From a virus (Duplodnaviria; Heunggongvirae; Uroviricota; Caudoviricetes): DNA of 64,000 bases. The notes beneath the pieces were generated by a model. It saw only the letters and a program-made list of their open reading frames with translations, was not told the origin of the DNA and made no database searches. The DNA is taken from IMG/VR virus record IMGVR_UViG_3300021979_000001, positions 66,948-130,947 of that record. One strand, given 5' to 3'. Each line of letters opens with the position of its first letter. Positions within the stretch are counted from its first letter, which is position 1. This document shows positions 28,473 to 38,246 of the stretch, in pieces. The position numbers were made by a program, and so were the translations under genes.

Positions 28473-29269
28473 CTATCCTTACGTAATGTATCGGGTTCGC
28501 GTTTCATGACAATTCTGCCACCATCTTTTTTTGTATAGACACGTTTATAGGTAATGCATTCATCGTCCAGGTTACCAATACGACTGGTATTAGTAAGATC
28601 GATTTCGTCATTAATCGGCTTACCATTACGACGATCTGATGCTGACCGTGGCGCATCTTTGATTTCGTCATTAAATGTGTCTTCTGGTATCGTATCGTCT
28701 TTTGGCATATCAATCCATTTAAACAGTGAATTTGGGGCATCAACTTTTTCGGTTTTGCCTTCCTGTTCAACTTGATACAGATAATCAAGAAACTTGGTTA
28801 CAAACTTATTTCCGTAATAATCCTCTGAATTTGTGTTTGGTGCTTCTGGATAATCCGGTTGTGTCAACAACGCCGAGCGCATCATTCCGTCATTTTTTGC
28901 ATCGGCATCCATTTCATTATTAGCAACAATTTGTTGCGACTGGCGCTCGATTGGATCATTTTCTGCCCGAACAACAATAAATTTTTCCGGGATACCAAGA
29001 GTATATTTTAATTCCTGTTGCAATACATATGCGCTTGCCGGTAATGTCACGACAATATCAATTGTATAAACTTCTGCATTTTTGACATCCGTAAAATCCA
29101 ATGGGTTTTCCTGAATGATCGTTTTCCGCACCCGTGACATTTCAACCGGGACATATTTCATGATGCATCGCTCGATTACATCAAGTTGATCTTCTTCTAG
29201 TGGAACAACCGTTTTAATACGATAGTTATACCGACGTTCGTTTTCTATTAAATAGTTTTTCAGACTCAT
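28469..29269 (-). CDS. Probable virion structural protein
   Basis: MSLKNYLIE start; CATAAATA at 29297-29304; YRIKT...PLDF..VKNAEV. Confidence 0.6.
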   Translation of the reverse strand: MSLKNYLIENERRYNYRIKTVVPLEEDQLDVIERCIMKYVPVEMSRVRKTIIQENPLDFTDVKNAEVYTIDIVVTLPASAYVLQQELKYTLGIPEKFIVVRAENDPIERQSQQIVANNEMDADAKNDGMMRSALLTQPDYPEAPNTNSEDYYGNKFVTKFLDYLYQVEQEGKTEKVDAPNSLFKWIDMPKDDTIPEDTFNDEIKDAPRSASDRRNGKPINDEIDLTNTSRIGNLDDECITYKRVYTKKDGGRIVMKREPDTLRKDS

Positions 29270-29332
29270 GACAACATCCATGTGTTTAGGTGTAACTATT
29301 TATGTTTTTATTATTTTGTCGGTATATTTACA

Positions 29333-29899
29333 TCAATCAGTATTTTTATTTTTACTTGCATTCAGTTCATCAATGATGTCGTTTCTATTTGCCACTAGAT
29401 ATGTTTCACCATTTCCGGGATTATCGATAGCATCACCTGCGACTTGTTTTTGAATATCAATTTTTTGCTGTTCGAGCATCAGTCGCATTTGTTTAAGCTG
29501 CGCTTCTCTTTTAGAGTTTTTGGCATCAATTGCAATTTTATACATGTTACCAGACACTTCGAACATTCTTGCTGCCTTTGTCCGATCAATATTAAACCCA
29601 AACTCCATTACGTCACGCGCATGTTTTAACACTTCGTCATAAATTTCATCCATTGCGGTTCCATGATCGGCCCCATCAATAAGTGATAATTTTTCTTTAC
29701 TAACGTGTATAAATTTCATTGCATCATCGATGATCTTTTGGTTTTCATCAATTTCATCATCGACATTATTTGTATCATCTGGTAAAAAATCTGGATCAGG
29801 TTCATTCAAAACGTCTTCTGAAATATCGTCATCTGTTTCACCATTTAATACATCATTCATACTTGGTAAGTTTAGCATATCTTCAATACCTTTGGTCAT
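29333..29899 (-). CDS. Probable terminase small subunit (gp16-like)
   Basis: Helical AARMFEVSGNMYKIAIDAK..KQMRL resembles the PRAYEVAGQLIK motif I recall from T4-like TerS; packaging context. Confidence 0.5.
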   Translation of the reverse strand: MTKGIEDMLNLPSMNDVLNGETDDDISEDVLNEPDPDFLPDDTNNVDDEIDENQKIIDDAMKFIHVSKEKLSLIDGADHGTAMDEIYDEVLKHARDVMEFGFNIDRTKAARMFEVSGNMYKIAIDAKNSKREAQLKQMRLMLEQQKIDIQKQVAGDAIDNPGNGETYLVANRNDIIDELNASKNKNTD

Positions 29900-30336
29900 T
29901 TTTTCCTCTTAAATGCGAACAGTTGCTTTTCAGTTGCCACGCGAAAATACAAGCCTCGTTTTTGGCAATAAATCATTGCCGCTTGCCATTTTGCGGCGTT
30001 TACTTCTTGAATTTCTCGTGTTTTTCTTGATATTCGAGTTTCATTATATCCAGGAACTTCCTTTGCCGGTTTAACTTCGATCATTTCGGCATGTTGTTTG
30101 CCATTTTTATCAACGTATATCACTAGAAAGTCAGGAACATACACCGACCATTTCCCGGTATGTGGATGTTTATATGGTATTTGCACACTTTCCGAACCCC
30201 ACTGCACGACCGATGGGTGTTGATCAAATACCATCATCAATGATAATTCCCATGATGATCGATAAATGATTGGATGCTTACCCACGTATTTATGGGGATT
30301 TTTTGGAACGAATGTATCCGATGCGAATTTAGCCAT
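29896..30336 (-). CDS. gp4: Head completion nuclease (T4 gp4-like)
   Basis: PKNPHKYVG..IYRSSWE..WGSE..IPY..YVPDF..IEVKP..KWQAA; start set at MAKF. Confidence 0.9.
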   Translation of the reverse strand: MAKFASDTFVPKNPHKYVGKHPIIYRSSWELSLMMVFDQHPSVVQWGSESVQIPYKHPHTGKWSVYVPDFLVIYVDKNGKQHAEMIEVKPAKEVPGYNETRISRKTREIQEVNAAKWQAAMIYCQKRGLYFRVATEKQLFAFKRKK

Positions 30337-30340
30337 TTTT

Positions 30341-31801
30341 TTACAACCAAGGCAATCCATCAATATTTGTATTTTCTGGTGGTTTTGTGTTTCCACCACC
30401 CAACCAAGGTAAACCCTCGACATCGGAATTATGATCCACTGCCTCACCCGTAGGTAATTTCACTTTTTGGGAACCGTTATTAATCCCGATCTGTGCGGAC
30501 CCGGTTCGGTTGATGTTAACCGTGCCATAAACTTGACTTGAAACTTTCGTTCCATTTGTCGTCGAAATTTGTGAACGCGGTGTTGTGTTTGTTTTCTGCG
30601 CACTATCAACCAAAGCCCCAACCAGGTTTGATGCGGCATATGATTTGCCATACCAATTTCCACTTGTGGAATTAGTTGCGCTTTTTGCAGCAGACAGTAA
30701 CGCACCACTAACTGGATCATTAGTCTGCACATTAGACAGCAAAAATGAGGATACCCCACCAACTGGTGTTTGCGTTCCGCCGATCATTGATCCCAATGTG
30801 GGGTTGATCATATATCCAATCTGTGACCCAAGCCCTGCTGTGTTGCCCGATACCACGGCTTTGGTTGCGGTCTTTGCGATTTGGCCGAAATCAAAATTAC
30901 CAAACAGGCTTAGTGCCCCTGATCCTTTGGATGTCGGTTGGATATTTTTCACATTAACGAGTGGTTGTTCTCGTTGTTTGAGCATATCAAGATTAACACC
31001 GGTCGCAAATTCGGATGTCATACCGGTATAACCTACTCCGAATTCTTCGGCTGTTCCTGGAACTTCATTTGTAAGACCTTCCAAGAACATTGATTTAAAT
31101 TCTTCGTATGGGCCGCGTTGACCTTCTTCCCCGGTGTTTTTTTCCAGTGGGACTGGGCGTCCGCCATTTCGATAAATTATCGCTTCGTATGACAATGTGA
31201 TGTTGATCATTGCCACACCACTATTTTCATAATCCAAATCATCTGGGTCAAATGATGTGATTTTAGGATTAATCAAATCGTATTGAACGTAATACCCGCC
31301 ATAAACCTGAAAAACTTCAACGGCATCGAAAAAGAACTGGCTGTTCAAATCTGCGGCGTCACTTAGTCCTTCACGCGGAGAATAACCATAACCATTACCG
31401 TTATCATACATCGGTGTCCCGGTTGTAATATCATACCGAAACATTGCGGGGTTTCCCTGGCGAAAATCACCGAAATACCATTCTGAATATTCAGTCCACA
31501 TACTCATAGCCAAGCTATCTGATGTATCATACAAGGTCAATTTTACTGGTTGTAGCTTGTAGCCAGTATGCACTTGTCTTTTCTTATTATACTGATGCAA
31601 TTCTTCGGTGACCGGTTGAACTGCCGGACGATCCACGCTTTTAACAATAAATCCGAGATTACTTTTCCAATCTCCATTTCCGGTGCCAGACGATGCCCGT
31701 TTGAATCGCACATAGAAAAGCGATTTCGGCCTTGCAGGATGTGGACCCCCAAGGCCGAAAATCAGGTTAGACTGCCGTGGATTTTTTACAATATCCGCCA
31801 T
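30341..31801 (-). CDS. Tail-tube paralog / baseplate tube initiator (gp48/gp54-like)
   Basis: gp19-like fold motifs (VKSVDRP, QYNKKRQV, LTLYD, NPKITSFDPDDLDY, ITLSYE) plus low-complexity tail. Confidence 0.7.
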   Translation of the reverse strand: MADIVKNPRQSNLIFGLGGPHPARPKSLFYVRFKRASSGTGNGDWKSNLGFIVKSVDRPAVQPVTEELHQYNKKRQVHTGYKLQPVKLTLYDTSDSLAMSMWTEYSEWYFGDFRQGNPAMFRYDITTGTPMYDNGNGYGYSPREGLSDAADLNSQFFFDAVEVFQVYGGYYVQYDLINPKITSFDPDDLDYENSGVAMINITLSYEAIIYRNGGRPVPLEKNTGEEGQRGPYEEFKSMFLEGLTNEVPGTAEEFGVGYTGMTSEFATGVNLDMLKQREQPLVNVKNIQPTSKGSGALSLFGNFDFGQIAKTATKAVVSGNTAGLGSQIGYMINPTLGSMIGGTQTPVGGVSSFLLSNVQTNDPVSGALLSAAKSATNSTSGNWYGKSYAASNLVGALVDSAQKTNTTPRSQISTTNGTKVSSQVYGTVNINRTGSAQIGINNGSQKVKLPTGEAVDHNSDVEGLPWLGGGNTKPPENTNIDGLPWL

Positions 31802-31812
31802 AGTCTAAATCC

Positions 31813-32394
31813 TTACGTCAAAAATGGACCAGTATTAGAAAATTCTGGCTGTAGAGGCATTAGCCCACCAGTTTGGGTGGCATTATCATATCTAACGCTT
31901 AGCTGGATCGTCATATAATCACTTGATGAATAATCAAATCCATCCCAATTGATGTTTTCCAGGAAGCAATCTTCAAGTTCCCACTGTTCTAGAACAGCAT
32001 CATTACCATCGAGTGTTTCAATGAACATTTGAAATTTAAAATTCGAACCAGCCAATGGCGATGTCTGCTGAAAATGGTTCATCTGTTTTTGTTCTTGGTG
32101 ACCAACTAAACGAGAAACCGAGTTGCTGGTATCATCACGCAAGGTTAAATCAATAGGTGACCATTCCGCTTTACTTGGATAATAGGCAATCGAGTTGTAG
32201 CTATGCACGGCAATAGCAGATGATGCAACGGTTGGACGACCAACTGACTGAACCTGCTGTGTAAATTCAATGCCGCCCTGGATCGGACCAAAGTTTACAA
32301 CTCTAACCCTAAATTTATATTTTGTTTTCGGCTGTAGCATCCCACCACGACCACCACCGTCAACTGGAACACCGAAATTTTGAACTGTAGGCAT
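31813..32394 (-). CDS. gp19: Tail tube protein (gp19-like)
   Basis: LQPKTKYKFRV, VQSVGRP, W.PIDLTLRD, WELEDCF, LSVRYDNA; TATAAATA at 32430-32437. Confidence 0.85.
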   Translation of the reverse strand: MPTVQNFGVPVDGGGRGGMLQPKTKYKFRVRVVNFGPIQGGIEFTQQVQSVGRPTVASSAIAVHSYNSIAYYPSKAEWSPIDLTLRDDTSNSVSRLVGHQEQKQMNHFQQTSPLAGSNFKFQMFIETLDGNDAVLEQWELEDCFLENINWDGFDYSSSDYMTIQLSVRYDNATQTGGLMPLQPEFSNTGPFLT

Positions 32395-32429
32395 GTGTTT
32401 ACATTCCTCTTAGTATATTGTTATATTGT

Positions 32430-32437
32430 TATTTATA
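32430..32437 (-). promoter_or_regulatory. T4-like late promoter (representative of the NATAAATA set)
   Basis: Perfect TATAAATA. Variants lie 7-80 nt upstream of gp32 (16238), TerL-C (22580), endonuclease (24687), TerL-N (25142), 29297, sheath (36867), ART (50146), gp13 (52970), gp14 (56520), lysozyme (59724) and gp15 (61490). Confidence 0.7.
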
Positions 32438-32488
32438 CTCTTGTGTAATGGCCGGTCTTTTGGATGCATTACAACACACTTATTTATG

Positions 32489-32516
32489 TTGAATTTTTTT
32501 ATAAAAAGTGTAGAAT
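32489..32516 (+). promoter_or_regulatory. Host sigma70-like promoter candidate
   Basis: TTGAAT-N16-TAGAAT upstream of the 32558 ORF. Confidence 0.4.
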
Positions 32517-32557
32517 CCGGCAAACTTCGGCAACTTTTAACTATGGATTTTGAATAA

Positions 32558-33103
32558 ATGTCTGAAATGATTGCAACTCACTATCAAATGGTAAAACATT
32601 TCTACGCGGATCAGACCGCCAAACGGTCTAAAATCCCATTGATTAACCACATCGATGAAGGGATGAAACTCTTAGAATATTTCAATGCTGATGATTACAC
32701 GATTGCGGCATACGCAGTGCATCCGTTGGTCCAGGATAATGAAATCCGGCAGAAGCAAATTGACAACGGCATCGTTGCCACAATTGATCCAACTGTTTTA
32801 AAATTGGCATACGACTATTCTACAATTGCGAATGACTATTTATGCCGAAATAATACCGACAATTATGACTACCGAACGATTATGAATATCATTGCAGGTC
32901 ACATCAATCATGGCTGTGACAGTCGGGCATTGATTATGCTCAAAGCAGATAAAGCACAAAATCGAAAAGATTTTGAAATTGCTCATTTAGGGACGCATCC
33001 CCGGTCTGATCAGCTACATGAATATTTTAAGAAATGGCTCAATGTTCTCGGCATTTCCGAATATGAATACACAAATATTTTAATCCCGATCATGACAAAA
33101 TAA
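32558..33103 (+). CDS. HD-fold (SpoT/Mesh1-like) protein with HD changed to HP
   Basis: KRSKIPLINH...IAAYAVHPLVQD...LKADKAQN parallels RxSGxPYIxH...AALLHDxVED...KLADRLHN. Confidence 0.55.
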   Translation: MSEMIATHYQMVKHFYADQTAKRSKIPLINHIDEGMKLLEYFNADDYTIAAYAVHPLVQDNEIRQKQIDNGIVATIDPTVLKLAYDYSTIANDYLCRNNTDNYDYRTIMNIIAGHINHGCDSRALIMLKADKAQNRKDFEIAHLGTHPRSDQLHEYFKKWLNVLGISEYEYTNILIPIMTK

Positions 33104-33248
33104 AAGAAAACCCCCGTATCAATAAATGTGGTGGTTTTGACGTTGGGTTATTGATTAACTCATATTAACGGGGGACCACTGCTTTATATTTGATCATGTG
33201 TCATTAATCATACTATTATAAAAATAACAGTTAAAATGAGAAATTAAT

Positions 33249-33878
33249 ATGGGAAACATAATTTTTATCAGACATGGCGAAAGTATGGGGAATATAGATT
33301 CACAAAACTATTCCTTACCAGATAGTGCCGTATGTTTAACAACCACCGGGGTTTATCAAGCGGTGGCCTGTGGCAAATATATCAAAACATGGGGTAAAAC
33401 CCATGGGTTATCTCGTGTCCATGCGTTTTGTTCAGAATTCACTCGCGCACAACAAACGGCAAAAATCGTGTGTGACCTTTTGGGCCATACCGGTAATATT
33501 ACCATTACCCCATACCTTAACGAACGACATTACGGAACTGGCAAGCCCGAAGGCAATCATACACGGGATGATTTGCATTCGGATTGGTATGCCCGGCCTG
33601 TGAATGGTGAATCTCTTGAAATGGCGGGGAAACGGCTTGAAACTTGGTTTGATCGCGAAGCTACACCTCTTTCGGAATCTGGTGTCGTTATTGTCTTCAC
33701 TCACGGCCAAGTGATGAAATATATAATGACCCGGTTCATGGGAATACATCATGATGCTATCAAACCACCAAAAGTCCCTTCCAAAAATGCATGCCCTTAC
33801 ATAATGGGTGATTATACCGAAGGACATACCATTCTTACTTTACCCAAATATCAAGAAGCATTAGACCGGATCATTTAA
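33249..33878 (+). CDS. Histidine phosphatase (phosphoglycerate mutase-like family)
   Basis: FIRHGES, SEFTRAQQTA, LNERHYG, GES, VFTHG. Confidence 0.9.
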   Translation: MGNIIFIRHGESMGNIDSQNYSLPDSAVCLTTTGVYQAVACGKYIKTWGKTHGLSRVHAFCSEFTRAQQTAKIVCDLLGHTGNITITPYLNERHYGTGKPEGNHTRDDLHSDWYARPVNGESLEMAGKRLETWFDREATPLSESGVVIVFTHGQVMKYIMTRFMGIHHDAIKPPKVPSKNACPYIMGDYTEGHTILTLPKYQEALDRII

Positions 33879-33900
33879 AATGTTTGGATTATGCACATAT

Positions 33901-33937
33901 AAAAAAAGAGACATCCTTTTTTGGGATGTCTCTTTTT
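33901..33937. terminator. Bidirectional terminator
   Basis: AAAAAGAGACATCC / GGATGTCTCTTTTT. Confidence 0.8.
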
Positions 33938-33955
33938 ATTAATGTTTACTATAGT

Positions 33956-36832
33956 TTAGAATGATAAATCATCACCACTATTACGAAGACGAACTGGGAT
34001 GTATACAAATTCAACTGCTTTGAGCGGAATGTATGCAATATCAATCCAAAGTTCGTTTCTGTTGCGACGTTCTGGTGTATTATTTGATTCATCACAAACA
34101 ATAACGAAGTCTTCTATAGCACGAAGACCAATTAGTCCCGTAAAGAACCGTTCGACTGTTAATCTAGCACTATCGCGAGTTTGCTGATCATTCTGTTCAA
34201 AGATGAACGGTTTAACCATAATATCAAGACGATACCGCAAGTAGTTGTCCAGTCGGGCCACATTGATACGATCTTCTGCACTATCAACTGCTGAAAGTGT
34301 TTTTTGACCATAGATCACCAAGCCACGATTTGGAATGAATGCTATCGGGTTGATCTTGTTTGAATATAGAACATTTCGTTGTCCTTCATTCAACAAGGTC
34401 GCCTGGAATTCACCTTCGCTCGTCAAATAACCAACAGATGTTGCATTATCTACTAACCCACGAGTGAAACCAGCCGGAGCAAACCATGGATATGCAACCT
34501 GATCATTATAAGCAAATGTTCGCAGCGCAATAGTCGATGGTGGGACCATAATTTCCATGCCATCAATATTCGTAGATAGGCCCCATGGATAATAGATACC
34601 ACAATATTCATCGGCAGTCGTTAATCCGTCTTCGCCGTTTGATGCAGCCCCATTTGCATTTTGTGCCCATGCCTGTATATCAGTTGCATTCGGGCGAAGG
34701 CGGGCTGGGGTGTCACCAATGATGAATGATACTAACTTTTGATCAGTATTCAGCATATTCATTTCGTCGATTAGTTCCGGGTAACCCGGTGCGGCCATGA
34801 TGTTGTAGTAAACCAAATCCGAACGAAGGTCTTGATTTGCCGCAACGGCAGCACTCATTGCTCGAACAACCATCGTGCGCTGGGCTTTACGACCCGCATG
34901 CATTGCACCATCTTGGCGATTACCAGATACCGTAACCCAACGACCGGCTGAATCAAGAGCCGGAAACTCATACAACGATGAACCAACCGTATAGCCATCA
35001 TAAGTATAATCTGTATTTGGATCAAAACCGCCATCCAGGAAGTAATTAGGCTTCCATTCTTTCACATTATTTGTGCTGTAGCGAGTGTTGAACATCAGCA
35101 TACCGGCTGGATATTCGCGAGGGTCTGGCGCATCGGGATCAAGATAATCCGAAATCAACATATCTTCAATTTCTTCGGAGTTATATGAATACGCACCGTT
35201 ATTTGCCATTCCAGCAAATTGAACGCCACTATCGGCACGAGCATCCCCAAATATAATACCAAACGGTGTTGTCTGATCGGTAACATCAATGCTTGACCAT
35301 TTACGTGTTTCTGCATTATAACGATATAATGCAGGATAATTTTCGGTATCTGACGAATTTAACCAAATGTCGTTACTTACCAGCGCACCACCACCTTGTT
35401 GTGTGAGCGGTGTTGATCCTGCAATAATAACACCCATCGGATCAGTATTAGGATATTGGCGTTTGTAACCAATCCACTGATCCCCGTCGCAATACATAAT
35501 ATCAACACGATAGTCTTCGGAAAACCATAATGTTCCTTCCTCTGGGGCAGTGGTTGGTGCCGAAGTGTCTGCTTCGTAAACCAGTCCTTCCCAGATCGAC
35601 CCATTCCAACGGCGCAACATTTGTGCGCCAGTCACCGAATCGTATCCAACATAAACTGCACCAGATGATGGTATTCCGATTGCATTGAGTGCGGCGGCAT
35701 CTTTAATCGGATCGCCGTCGTTCATTGTGCTGTTGAATGGATAAAATGGCGCGGAAACAGTGATCCACTGACCTTGATCAGCATTATAATAACGGACTTT
35801 CCACGCAGCCCCATTATTTGGGCTGGTGCCTTTAACCCACACATCACCGGACACTGACCCAGATGGATATTGTGCGTTATTTGTCCAGTATACCTGAACA
35901 CCCTTTTTGGTGCCACTTGTGATACCCAGGACATCTAGCGGAGTTCCCGTTGCATTTGTAACGGTCAGATCACCACCAATTGTATTTTTGATTACCAACG
36001 CACCATTGCCGCTTTCGGCACTAACATCATCGATACCGGCACTGTTAATGTCAGAAATAACTTCGGCCAGGGTTCCGCCAGTAAATGTAACCGTAATTCC
36101 ATTGATCTGTATTGCATTACCAACGGTTACGTTTGCGGGGCTGGTTTTCCCGATCAAAGTTGTGGGGCGTGCTGCTTTCCAGTCATCTGACCCGATTTGA
36201 TACCAGGTTCCATTAATTTTTTCATAACTGTAGTTTGCCGCTGTTAACGGGACTATCGCAAAATCACCGTTGTTACCATATGACGCAGCAGGGTAAATTC
36301 CGCTTTCATCTTCGGTAACATTCGATCCCATAGCCACTTTGACTGGTTGTGTTTCCCATGCGGCACCGGCAACCGAATTACCATTTGATTGAAAAATACC
36401 CCAAACCGTATCAGATAAATCAAGCCAGTAAGTTCCAGAAAACGGCTCGCCACGTGGGGCACTATCGCTCGTTTCAAGCTGATCAAGATCAATATCTGCA
36501 CGAATTACGTATGCCTGATTGCTGATACCAAGATATTGATATGCAGCATGTAACCCATACTCATTCAATTCGCTACCATGAATGGCAGTTCCCTGAACCG
36601 ATTTAAATGATGGATTACCGAAATTTTGAATAAGTTCGCGTTGACTTGTCGCGATAAATAATTTTCCTGCCTGTGCTGGTTGCGTATATGGTGCAATTCC
36701 ATCACCAGACGGTGATACTTTATTAGATGCAGTCGCAATTACGATAAGCGGAACTGTTCCTTCGCCTGCTGATGCGTAGAAACTTTCGTTAATGAATTGC
36801 ACGTCAACACCTGGGCTGACCAATGTAGCCAT
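33956..36832 (-). CDS. gp18: Tail sheath protein (gp18-like), 958 aa
   Basis: LVSPGVDVQFINES start; YPWFAPAGFTRG, LYSNKINPI, YGQKTL, DRINVARL, FEQND..TR, NELWIDI. Confidence 0.95.
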   Translation of the reverse strand: MATLVSPGVDVQFINESFYASAGEGTVPLIVIATASNKVSPSGDGIAPYTQPAQAGKLFIATSQRELIQNFGNPSFKSVQGTAIHGSELNEYGLHAAYQYLGISNQAYVIRADIDLDQLETSDSAPRGEPFSGTYWLDLSDTVWGIFQSNGNSVAGAAWETQPVKVAMGSNVTEDESGIYPAASYGNNGDFAIVPLTAANYSYEKINGTWYQIGSDDWKAARPTTLIGKTSPANVTVGNAIQINGITVTFTGGTLAEVISDINSAGIDDVSAESGNGALVIKNTIGGDLTVTNATGTPLDVLGITSGTKKGVQVYWTNNAQYPSGSVSGDVWVKGTSPNNGAAWKVRYYNADQGQWITVSAPFYPFNSTMNDGDPIKDAAALNAIGIPSSGAVYVGYDSVTGAQMLRRWNGSIWEGLVYEADTSAPTTAPEEGTLWFSEDYRVDIMYCDGDQWIGYKRQYPNTDPMGVIIAGSTPLTQQGGGALVSNDIWLNSSDTENYPALYRYNAETRKWSSIDVTDQTTPFGIIFGDARADSGVQFAGMANNGAYSYNSEEIEDMLISDYLDPDAPDPREYPAGMLMFNTRYSTNNVKEWKPNYFLDGGFDPNTDYTYDGYTVGSSLYEFPALDSAGRWVTVSGNRQDGAMHAGRKAQRTMVVRAMSAAVAANQDLRSDLVYYNIMAAPGYPELIDEMNMLNTDQKLVSFIIGDTPARLRPNATDIQAWAQNANGAASNGEDGLTTADEYCGIYYPWGLSTNIDGMEIMVPPSTIALRTFAYNDQVAYPWFAPAGFTRGLVDNATSVGYLTSEGEFQATLLNEGQRNVLYSNKINPIAFIPNRGLVIYGQKTLSAVDSAEDRINVARLDNYLRYRLDIMVKPFIFEQNDQQTRDSARLTVERFFTGLIGLRAIEDFVIVCDESNNTPERRNRNELWIDIAYIPLKAVEFVYIPVRLRNSGDDLSF

Positions 36833-37110
36833 ATTTAGACCTCCGGGATAAACACTGTGTGTCTTTTATTTATGTCAATATACTTTTAGAAACGTCGGAT
36901 AAGACCAAACTTATCACTATTATTTCTGATATTTTTAGTTCTCATTGGTTTTATTTATTTGAATTGCATAAAAATCGTGTTTTAATATTATTTTTTCGCA
37001 GTTTTCTGCCATTTCATCCATTACATATTAATATTTCATAATATGATAATATATTAATATAATGGATGCCCAGCATGTAAATTATTGAAAAATAACGATA
37101 ATTTTATCTG

Positions 37111-37138
37111 TTGCAAAAAATCAAAAACATTATATTAT
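37111..37138 (+). promoter_or_regulatory. Sigma70-like promoter candidate heading the paralog array
   Basis: TTGCAA-N16-TATTAT. Confidence 0.4.
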
Positions 37139-37160
37139 GGTATGAAATTTTTTATAGCAG

Positions 37161-38246
37161 GTGGATATGTATCTCATTCTCAATGAAAATAACAAACCCG
37201 TTATCGATATTAACCAGATGAACGCCAAACTCTCCATATTCCACGATGGGGAGTTGGTTGGTCATATTATTTGCAGTGGGTTAAACCTAATCACAATACA
37301 ATGTTATGACTTTGAAACCATGCTGTCATTAGACGACACCAAATCTAAAACTTATTTGGATTTTATGTATAAGGATACTACTAATGCTACGTTTAACGAT
37401 TATATCTATAACAAGATATTAACAATTATTATTTCTATTCGTGAATTGAAAAAATATGAAAAAGATTTAAGTCCTATACATTGGACAATCAAAAATAACG
37501 CAAACATCATGTTTTATTGTTATAGTGTTGCTGTTAATGGTTGGTCTCTTGAACAGAACCATTCTATATTTGATCATTCTAATAATAAAGATTTTTTATT
37601 ATTGTCGAAGGACGATTTAGAATTACATATTGTAGAATATATTCGTTGCCTTGTGAAAACTGTATTGGATGATAAATCACAACAATACATTGTGCGCGAT
37701 TATGATAGCAATACAAATCTATATTACCAAAAATATTATTCGTTGACCAGTTTTTGTCAAGATATTGGTTTGCACCATACAAACCCTATTTCAAAAAACA
37801 CGACGTTATCGTTTTTTAATAAGCATAATGATGCATTTGTAAAAAGGATTTCGTCTGATGAAATTATTGAGATTATTAAAGATTACAAAATCAATGACCG
37901 TATAGAACTGAATTTTGATATAACAACGTATACATTAATTAAACATAATGTATATGATCCATCATATTTGTTGATTTATTATTTTATCGATAATGTCAAT
38001 CCTGACAACGATGTGATGACTAATTTTCTTAAAGAAAATGCATGTCCTATTATACCACTGAAAAACTCACCGGAACTTTTCGATACCATTGGGGTGTATT
38101 CTGGGGAAATGAATAATCTTTCCACCATGCTGCAACTGATTGGTGCAAAATATGCTAGCATCGTTCCGGTTAAGATTATCATGGACTTATATGAAACCAT
38201 GAAACATAGTCCATATATATCCAGCATTAAGGTAAATTCACGATGA
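37161..38246 (+). CDS. Array protein, divergent family A-like
   Basis: 361 aa; C-terminal MLQLIG..IVPVKIIMD resembles family A ends. Confidence 0.65.
   Translation: MDMYLILNENNKPVIDINQMNAKLSIFHDGELVGHIICSGLNLITIQCYDFETMLSLDDTKSKTYLDFMYKDTTNATFNDYIYNKILTIIISIRELKKYEKDLSPIHWTIKNNANIMFYCYSVAVNGWSLEQNHSIFDHSNNKDFLLLSKDDLELHIVEYIRCLVKTVLDDKSQQYIVRDYDSNTNLYYQKYYSLTSFCQDIGLHHTNPISKNTTLSFFNKHNDAFVKRISSDEIIEIIKDYKINDRIELNFDITTYTLIKHNVYDPSYLLIYYFIDNVNPDNDVMTNFLKENACPIIPLKNSPELFDTIGVYSGEMNNLSTMLQLIGAKYASIVPVKIIMDLYETMKHSPYISSIKVNSR

Noticed and set aside
33956-36832. Unusually long tail sheath (958 aa) suspected of carrying an intein
   Set aside because: No Cys/Ser...HN-(C/S/T) boundaries; the extra length looks like beta-rich insertion domains common in jumbo-phage sheaths.
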